This document shows positions 58,301 to 64,000 of a DNA stretch of 64,000 bases, piece after piece. Below the pieces are notes generated by a model. The model was given only the letters and a program-made list of their open reading frames with translations, did no database searches and was not told the origin of the DNA. The translations under genes and the position numbers were made by a program. This DNA is from Octopus sinensis. Lineage: Eukaryota. The stretch lies in NCBI RefSeq assembly GCF_006345805.1, contig NC_043021.1:18538001-18602000 (forward strand), read 5' to 3'. Each line of letters opens with the position of its first letter. The first letter of the stretch is position 1.

Positions 58301-61300
58301 GCCACCGGCATGGAAGCCAGTCTAGGCGGCGCTGGCATCGTGTATATATATGAGAGAGAGAGAAAAAGAAACAGACAGAGAAAATGTGTGTGTGTGTCTG
58401 TGAAGAGAGAGAGAGAATATACACAGGTGTTAATTACAGCAGCAACAGGTGTGTATCAAATTCTTACCTCTTTATGGTTGACAGAGAAGAATCGAAGCAT
58501 GGTGTTGTACATCATGTGTGCCGAGAGGAAATGCCCCAACCGATTAACATGGTTGGCAACAACATAACTGGAAGATAATTAGCAGCTCGTTAATATTATA
58601 GGTCCAGGGCTTATTTATTATATGCATATTCACACTTCATTACAGATTTAATTAACAAGCAGGGATGGGTGCATTGCGGAGTTTGAATTAATAAATACGT
58701 CTGTCCTTATTGCTGCACCTGTTTCTCCCCACTAGATTTATACTGGGAGTTACATCGTGTAACTGACCAATGAAAGAGCTTCTAGGTAAGTCACATGACA
58801 GACATTCTACTTACTTAATGAAAAAGCTTCTACCAATCAATGAAAGCATCTAACCAGCAGGAAGGGTAATAACCAGGACCTTTTTTTTTTAAGGCATCTA
58901 AGACTGGTTGAGTTGACCTGTGTCCACAACACAATGATGTTGATCTGGAGTTAAAAAGGGAGCTTCTACACAATGACTCATTGTTTGAAATAACAACCAA
59001 ATCTCCCTTGAGTTACATCCTAAAGTCTTAAAAATAGTTAGGACACACATTTGATAAAGTGATCCCAGATACACAACATCTGAAAATAACACTGGATGGT
59101 CAGTGTTGGAGCACCTTTGATCCTAGGTCTGCTGTATCAAGTTAAGTCTATACATGGCTGAAAGCTGGTTATATATTAAAATATATGTAATTCCTGAAGT
59201 AATACAACAAATAGACAAAGATTATGAGATCAATCATTGGTCTGATCACCTTCAGAACAGAGAACAGATCTGGGGAAGTTTTGACTGGGCTGTGGACAAG
59301 AATTTCGGTATAATGGATTTGGAAATCTAAGTTCCTGCTCTGGTCTACGTATATCTTGAAATAAATGTTCCTAATTCCAGCCCTGTTTACGTCTATCAAA
59401 GAATAAAACACGTGATAACAAGCCAGCTCAGTTGGCAAAAGTGAGTGACCCTGCAAGGGTCTGGCATCCTATCCAGCAGGGAGTGTATCACATGATTGAC
59501 CAGACTATTGGATGTTACACATTGCTGATCACAATGCGCCTTGCATTATTTTAGCTTTCAAATGATTGCCACCTCTATGAGGTCGGTCAACCTGCTGGAA
59601 ACAGCAGCCAAATGTAATTTCACTTCACACCATCATCAGAATAGATGTACTGGATGAAGTAGCTCAGAAAAGATGGGATGATCACAATTGGAACGCCAGT
59701 GACCAACACTCAGTATATAGACACCTGCATGTCTAGGGTTTGGTCTTCCGCATCTTGGAAACCAATTCAGCCCTAAAAAATTTGCTGATGTAAATATTGT
59801 AAAATTGATGTCAGTCCTGAAGGTGAGTTTTAACAGACCAGAAATGTATAATCTTAAAACACCTTTAATTAAATCACAAAAAAAAAAGAAAAAAGAAAAA
59901 AAAAAGGGCCAAAAACAAAAGACTACTCACCCTAAAGTATCGTTAATTATATGTTTAGCCTCCATGCTATCATAAATATCTGTACAGGGACCAAATGCAC
60001 CTATAATAACAACATTAACAGACATCATGTGCAACATATTGAAACATAATGATAAAAACCTCCCTCTTTCTTTCCCTTCCTTGATCCCCTAAAAGGGACC
60101 AACTAAAAAAAAAAAAAAAGACATCACATTACATCTATAAAACTGTATCTATTTCACAACAATAAACTACAAACCAATGACAATTCTTTGCCCTGCAAAG
60201 CTGCGTTGCTCTTGGCATCTACTGCACTGCTACTACAACAGCTTCTGTTCCACCCCACCTCATAAACGTACCCCCATTTACCTGTTTCCCCCTCCACAGC
60301 CCCATTACCCTCTCTATAAGCCTACAGAGCTCCATGCCCCAACAGCTTACCTTTCCTCTTTTCAATAAACCCCCCCCACCTAATTTTTTCTCCCCACTGG
60401 TCAAGGATATTCAAACTAATGCAGAGTTTGAATACAAATGTCCTGGAAACACAAGAACGCTTACAGTTGAGTGCAGCTATAAGTGAAATATTGTTGAGTG
60501 TGAGTATAAGGTCAAGTGGAGAAAGCCTTCCGTAGAGAGAAGTCAAACTTACCAACCGTACAATAAAGTCGTATCAAGAGTAATTTGATTTGGAAATTTG
60601 AGGGGGAATTCTTGAGTCCTTTCTCCAGCTGAGCTATGATCTGCCATAACACACCTGTATCACCTGGACAATGACAACAGATAGATTGATATGATTACAA
60701 TGACCCTGATGAAGAAACAGAGAAATATAGAAACACCAACACTAACATCATCATCATCTTAACATCCGTTTTCCATGCTGGCATCCAGGTTGGATGGTTT
60801 AACAGTAGCTGGCAAGGCTGGAGAGCTGCACTGGATTCCATTCACTGCTTTGGAATGGTTTCTATGTCTCTTGCTAATGCCAACCACTTTACAGAGTATA
60901 AGTGGTGTTTTTTTTATGTGGTCCCAAAAGCATTTCATGTCGTTATGCTGCTGGACTGGCACCTGTGCAGGTGGCACATAAAAATCACCATTTGAGCGTG
61001 GCCACTGCCAGTACCACCTAACTGGCCCTCGTGTCGGTGGCACGTAAAAGCACCCACTACACTCTCGGAGTGGTGGGCGCTAGGAAGGGCATCCAGCTGT
61101 AGAAACTCTGCCAGATCAGACTGGAGCCTGGTGCAGCCATCTGGTTCGCCAGACCTCAGTCCAATCGTCCAACCCATGTTAAACGATGATGATGATGATG
61201 ATTTTATGAGGTTGGCATGAAATAATTGACACTTCTCATGTGGCTGACTTTTACGACATAAATCCACCACTTGGGGCCACATCTGGTTTCAGATTTAAAT

Positions 61301-62235
61301 TAAAATCTTCCACAATAAATTATGCAAGAATTTTTTTGTTCTGTTCCAAACACCATCTTAATATACCAGTATATATTCATTTGCCTTATGTTCCAAACAC
61401 AATCATCGTCATCTTAACATCTGGTTTCCATGCTGGCATGGGTTGGATACCTTCTTCTTAATATCTTTTTGTATATCAGCTGATTTTTATTTAACACAAT
61501 TTGTGATCTGAGGAAAATTGGCTACCATTTTTAGCAGGTTGGGTAGTCACATAGAGGCTCCTTTATCATCTCTGAGGGTGGCCAAGGCAAGACTGCCGTA
61601 AAGATCTCTCATTGGCTATTAATTGGTATACCATGTGACTTACACATTGATTGGTGATTTCAAAGTCAGTTGACTTGCTAGAAATAACAGTCAGATCTGC
61701 CTCAGATTTCAAAATATATTTGATTTTTGTTATGTTCTGAGCACCATATATGTGTGTGCATGTGTGTGTGTGTGTGTGTGTTTGTGTATATATATATATA
61801 TTACACCCCCCGGTGAAGAGGATTGGCTTGCAAGAGTCCTGTGCTGGCGCCACATAAAAGGCACTCGTGCCAGTGTCGCACACCATCGCTCATGGCACAT
61901 TAAAAGTAAGCAGCACACACTTGGCATTAGGAAGGGCATCCAGCCATAGAAACCAAACTAAATCAGACTGGAGCCTTGTGCAGCTTTCCAGTTCTGGTCA
62001 AACTGCCCAACCCATCCATGCCAGCAAGGAAAATGGACGTTAAAGGATGATGATGATGATGATGATTTAGGGGAAGACAGTGAGTACAAATAAATAAATA
62101 AAACAAAAAAGAGTTTGAGTGTTTTTTTTTTGTTTTTTTGCTTACCTGTTTGGTTATAAATGTCCAACAACAGATGCATTGCAAGAAGAAGGTAGGTGTC
62201 TGCGTACTGAATATCAGTGGCAAGAAGATCTTTAC
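39443..62235 (-). CDS. NAA25: N-alpha-acetyltransferase 25, NatB auxiliary subunit (5'-partial; 16 exons, about 522 aa in window)
   Basis: Sixteen GT-AG exons join in phase (1568 nt). Peptides SPSNFQIKLLLIRLYC, MEAKHIINDTLG, YKYGTFIKIHEFVQFRERLQNSL, LQDNRD, LLENLV, KKNKKKKE and VEESY match the C-terminal half of NAA25/MDM20 as recalled. Confidence 0.93.
40515..40680 (+). mobile_element. Small mariner transposase fragment
   Basis: TIHELSEDVQISYGS / MRRVSAKFVPKLL motif. Confidence 0.65.
41115..41264 (-). CDS. NAA25: NAA25 exon (PKTFENFNNLTASLEK...LNLTESISSEE)
   Basis: ttgcag acceptor, GTGAGT donor, 150 nt. Confidence 0.92.
42243..42353 (-). CDS. NAA25: NAA25 exon (TISHITILAAVCHRILKPMKTSWVKKNKKKKELNIPQ)
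   Basis: ttcaag acceptor, GTCAGT donor, 111 nt; poly-Lys motif as in human NAA25. Confidence 0.93.
42503..42882. repeat. 39-bp minisatellite (~9-10 units) in a NAA25 intron
   Basis: Unit ccctggcccaaaccttcggctcacctacaatgccctgat. Confidence 0.92.
43564..43661 (-). CDS. NAA25: NAA25 exon (LVSKHKCSLISEENGKKTWNLTLLENLVLLAE)
   Basis: ccacag acceptor after a 94-nt intron, GTGAGT donor, 98 nt. Confidence 0.92.
43756..43815 (-). CDS. NAA25: NAA25 exon (KADEEEEKRIQTTVVSLVD-G)
   Basis: T-rich ccag acceptor, GTAACA donor, 60 nt. Confidence 0.88.
43932..44315 (+). mobile_element. tRNA-derived SINE family A (further copies at 18110-18416 and 52350-52653, both +)
   Basis: A box tggcccagtggt and B box ggtttcgattccc; near-identical to 16828-17215. 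Confidence 0.88.
45347..45576 (+). mobile_element. SINE family B (copies at 8316-8543(-) and 51196-51423(+); partial at ~15175, 20790, 41810, 42020)
   Basis: ggcgagctggcagaa..gttcaaattccgcc head and a central gtcgactttgcctttca(t)cctttcggg block, which resembles the Meta-SINE domain as recalled. Confidence 0.8.
45935..46058 (-). CDS. NAA25: NAA25 exon (YTIHGPYPTRISSYLLQNHHQVFLLMVEHVLYIHLLYENGF-D)
   Basis: ttccag acceptor, GTAAGT donor, 124 nt; GPxPTR motif. Confidence 0.93.
46715..47706 (+). mobile_element. Tc1/mariner-superfamily relic, interrupted by an RTE-tail insertion, with an inverted copy of its 3' end on the left
   Basis: KVYGPFFFEGNTVTGQTYLNML (~46978), FQQDG..HW, WIG, LWGYVKD..VY; 46715-46850 is the reverse complement of ~47530-47670. 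Confidence 0.75.
48784..48990 (-). CDS. NAA25: NAA25 exon (KAWLKLHSYLLRTL...DCKHYKLPIK)
   Basis: ttacag acceptor, GTAAGC donor, 207 nt. Confidence 0.92.
49418..49460 (-). CDS. NAA25: NAA25 exon (QTLKELQERSFMEE)
   Basis: cttcag acceptor, GTAAGG donor, 43 nt. Confidence 0.88.
51689..51764 (-). CDS. NAA25: NAA25 exon (RTKGEKDLQDNRDFTLLSNWDPPD-G)
   Basis: ttccag acceptor, GTGAGT donor, 76 nt; DNRD..WDP motif. Confidence 0.92.
54246..54298 (-). CDS. NAA25: NAA25 exon (HNSTEMMLTNMAIDPDV-D)
   Basis: ttccag acceptor, GTGAGT donor, 53 nt; its phases bridge the flanking exons. Confidence 0.85.
55523..55626 (-). CDS. NAA25: NAA25 exon (IHEFVQFRERLQNSLQYASAIEESLLLDLVLETC-N)
   Basis: cctcag acceptor, GTCAGT donor, 104 nt. 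Confidence 0.93.
57061..57108 (-). CDS. NAA25: NAA25 exon (ITEYLIPSYKYGTFIK)
   Basis: cttcag acceptor, GTAGGT donor, 48 nt. Confidence 0.93.
57379..57765 (+). mobile_element. tRNA-derived SINE family C with internal microsatellite (copies at 21676-22095(+), 26681-27049(-), 27750-28097(-), 29066-29410(-), 44521-45025(+), 46288-46710(-), 51930-52297(-), 53452-53850(+))
   Basis: aggagtggctgtgtggtaag..ggttcagtccc..ccttgggcaagtg..gctccagcatggccgcagtcaaatgactgaaacaag. Confidence 0.88.
58468..58567 (-). CDS. NAA25: NAA25 exon (YVVANHVNRLGHFLSAHMMYNTMLRFFSVNHKE)
   Basis: ttccag acceptor, GTAAGA donor, 100 nt. Confidence 0.94.
59931..60000 (-). CDS. NAA25: NAA25 exon (AFGPCTDIYDSMEAKHIINDTL-G)
   Basis: ttatag acceptor, GTGAGT donor, 70 nt. 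Confidence 0.95.
60553..60663 (-). CDS. NAA25: NAA25 exon (DTGVLWQIIAQLEKGLKNSPSNFQIKLLLIRLYCTV-G)
   Basis: tccag acceptor, GTAAGT donor, 111 nt. Confidence 0.95.
62146..62235 (-). CDS. NAA25: NAA25 exon (G-KDLLATDIQYADTYLLLAMHLLLDIYNQT-G)
   Basis: gacag acceptor, GTAAGC donor, 90 nt, phase 1/1. Confidence 0.92.
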
Positions 62236-63585
62236 CTGTCATTCGACGAGAAGAAAAACAAACACAAAGGTAAGATGTTAGTTAAGAGTCACACACAAAA
62301 AAAAAAAAACAAAAAAAAAAAAACAAGAAAAAAAAAAGGCTAAAGCTCCTTCCTGCCTTCCAGAGTCATACAGTCCCATACATATGGGGGCTATTTCCCT
62401 AGATTTAGTGGTGTATACACTCCCCCACTGTAAAAAGTGAATGGCCAAGTGGTTAGGGCCATTGCACCCAGGGCATTGTGTTCTTGAGCAAAACACTTCA
62501 TTTCATGTTGCTGTTGCAGTCCACTCAGCTGTAGAAATGGGTACCACTGTGACAGAATAACCAGCTGGCCGGAGCGTGGTGGGGGGGGGGGAGACAACGA
62601 TGATGATGATGATGGCTTGCTTGCCCAGCCAGCAGGGTGGCAATCATTTGAAAGCTAAAATGATGCAAAGCGCATTGTGATCAGCAATGTGTAACATCCA
62701 ATAGTCTGGTCAATCATGTGATACACTCCCTGTGGGATATGATGCTAGACCTTTGCAGGGTTACTCACTTTTGCCAACTGAGTGAACTGGACCAACAAGA
62801 ACACAACACACCACACCACCCAGTCCAGGAATCGAACCCACAATCTTACAATCATGAGTCCAACACCCTAACCACCAAGCCACCTGTCTCCTCTCCCAAA
62901 GATACAAAGTAAATCACCATCATTGTTGTTGCTGTTGTGATGGTTGTTCTTCCTGGGGTTGGGTGGGGACTTTTCCAAGGGAGTGTTTTATGACCAAGCT
63001 GTTCTCCCTAAACCAAACCCCTTTTTGTAGCTATTCACAACATGCAAGGATGCAAGGTACTGATTCTGAAACTAACAAACAAAATACTTAAACCATTAGC
63101 ACTCAAACTGGCTAGATCTGGCCGTTAGCATAATCTGTATATACCTAGATATATTCAGGGTGTGGTGAATAAACTGTTGCCTAAATTACGCAAAAACGAA
63201 AATAACACTGACATATCATTTTAACAGATATATTTACCAAAGATACATAAAAATATTTTGAAATACTAAAGAGTAAATTTATTCAATAAAATCGCCATCG
63301 GCTTCGACCAGGGCCTCTTTAGTATTTCTGTCTACCAAATCCACTCAGAATGCTTTGTTTGGTTTGAGATTGTAGAAGACACTTGCACAAGATGTCACGC
63401 AGTGAGACTGAACCCAGAACCTTGTGATTGAGAAGCAAGTGTCTTTCTACACAGCTTGCACCTTTATATATATATATATATATATATAAGTTCAGCAAAA
63501 TTTAGATTCAAATGAATATGGTACTTAAGTTGGATGCACCAGAATTCTGTATGGTGTTATCCATAAAAATCCGTGGGGTGATTAT

Positions 63586-63784
63586 AATCAAAATAAGCAA
63601 CAAGAATAACTCCGGTAATTTAGTACGATCGTTTTGCACTACATCATTTTATTAAATGTTGTAAGTATTACATGATGAGTGCTCAGCATTTTAAAACTGT
63701 TGTAATACTTACAACATTTAATAAAATGATGTAGTGCGAAACGATCGTACTAAATTACCGAAGTTATTCTTGTTGCTTATTTTG

Positions 63785-63787
<3 letters not shown>
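63586..63787. repeat. Foldback with 87-bp arms (85/87) and a 28-nt loop
   Basis: 63586-63672 versus 63701-63787. Confidence 0.92.
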
Positions 63788-63822
<35 letters not shown>

Positions 63823-64000
63823 TTAGCTGTCACTTGTGAGTGAGTGCAACTTGGTAGTATGTACCAAGGTTTTGTTACTTGCTTTTGGTGCCTTCGTCTG
63901 CTCGACTGTGCAGCTGCTGAAGGCTGAGTGATGTGTGGAGTGTGAGTGCAAGAACAATATTGTAGAGTTGAGTGTAGCTGTAAGTTGAGCTAACTCCAAA

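Noticed and set aside
59154-59456. 58-aa plus-strand ORF (MAESWLYIK...) overlapping a 95-aa minus-strand ORF in a NAA25 intron
   Set aside because: No recognisable homology or splice context, and the NAA25 exon chain is already complete in phase without it.
63820-64000. Possible further NAA25 exon at the window edge
   Set aside because: No frame resembles the expected upstream NAA25 segment; the next exon probably lies outside the window.

Overview
Eukaryotic, microsatellite- and retroposon-rich genomic DNA. The SINE/RTE repertoire suggests an octopus or other cephalopod (inference). I reconstructed two convergent genes by hand from splice sites and reading phase. (1) A complete 8-exon spermidine-synthase-family gene on + (CDS 19070-36744, 289 aa), whose internal exon sizes match those I recall for human SRM but whose amine-acceptor pocket is divergent. 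(2) The last 16 coding exons of NAA25 (NatB auxiliary subunit) on - (62235 down to 39443); its 5' part lies beyond the window. The rest is tRNA-derived SINEs, RTE and CR1 LINE fragments, mariner/Tc1 relics, Helitron/Helentron-type elements, foldback palindromes, minisatellites and very long (TA/CA/TG)n tracts, which generate most of the long ORFs in the track as artefacts. Best leads: a minimal type-I hammerhead ribozyme with a compensatory U3-A8 core inside a direct-repeat (retrozyme-like) unit in SRM intron 3; first-shell substitutions in the SRM-like enzyme; an overlapping uORF across the SRM start; and near-perfect long hairpins in introns.
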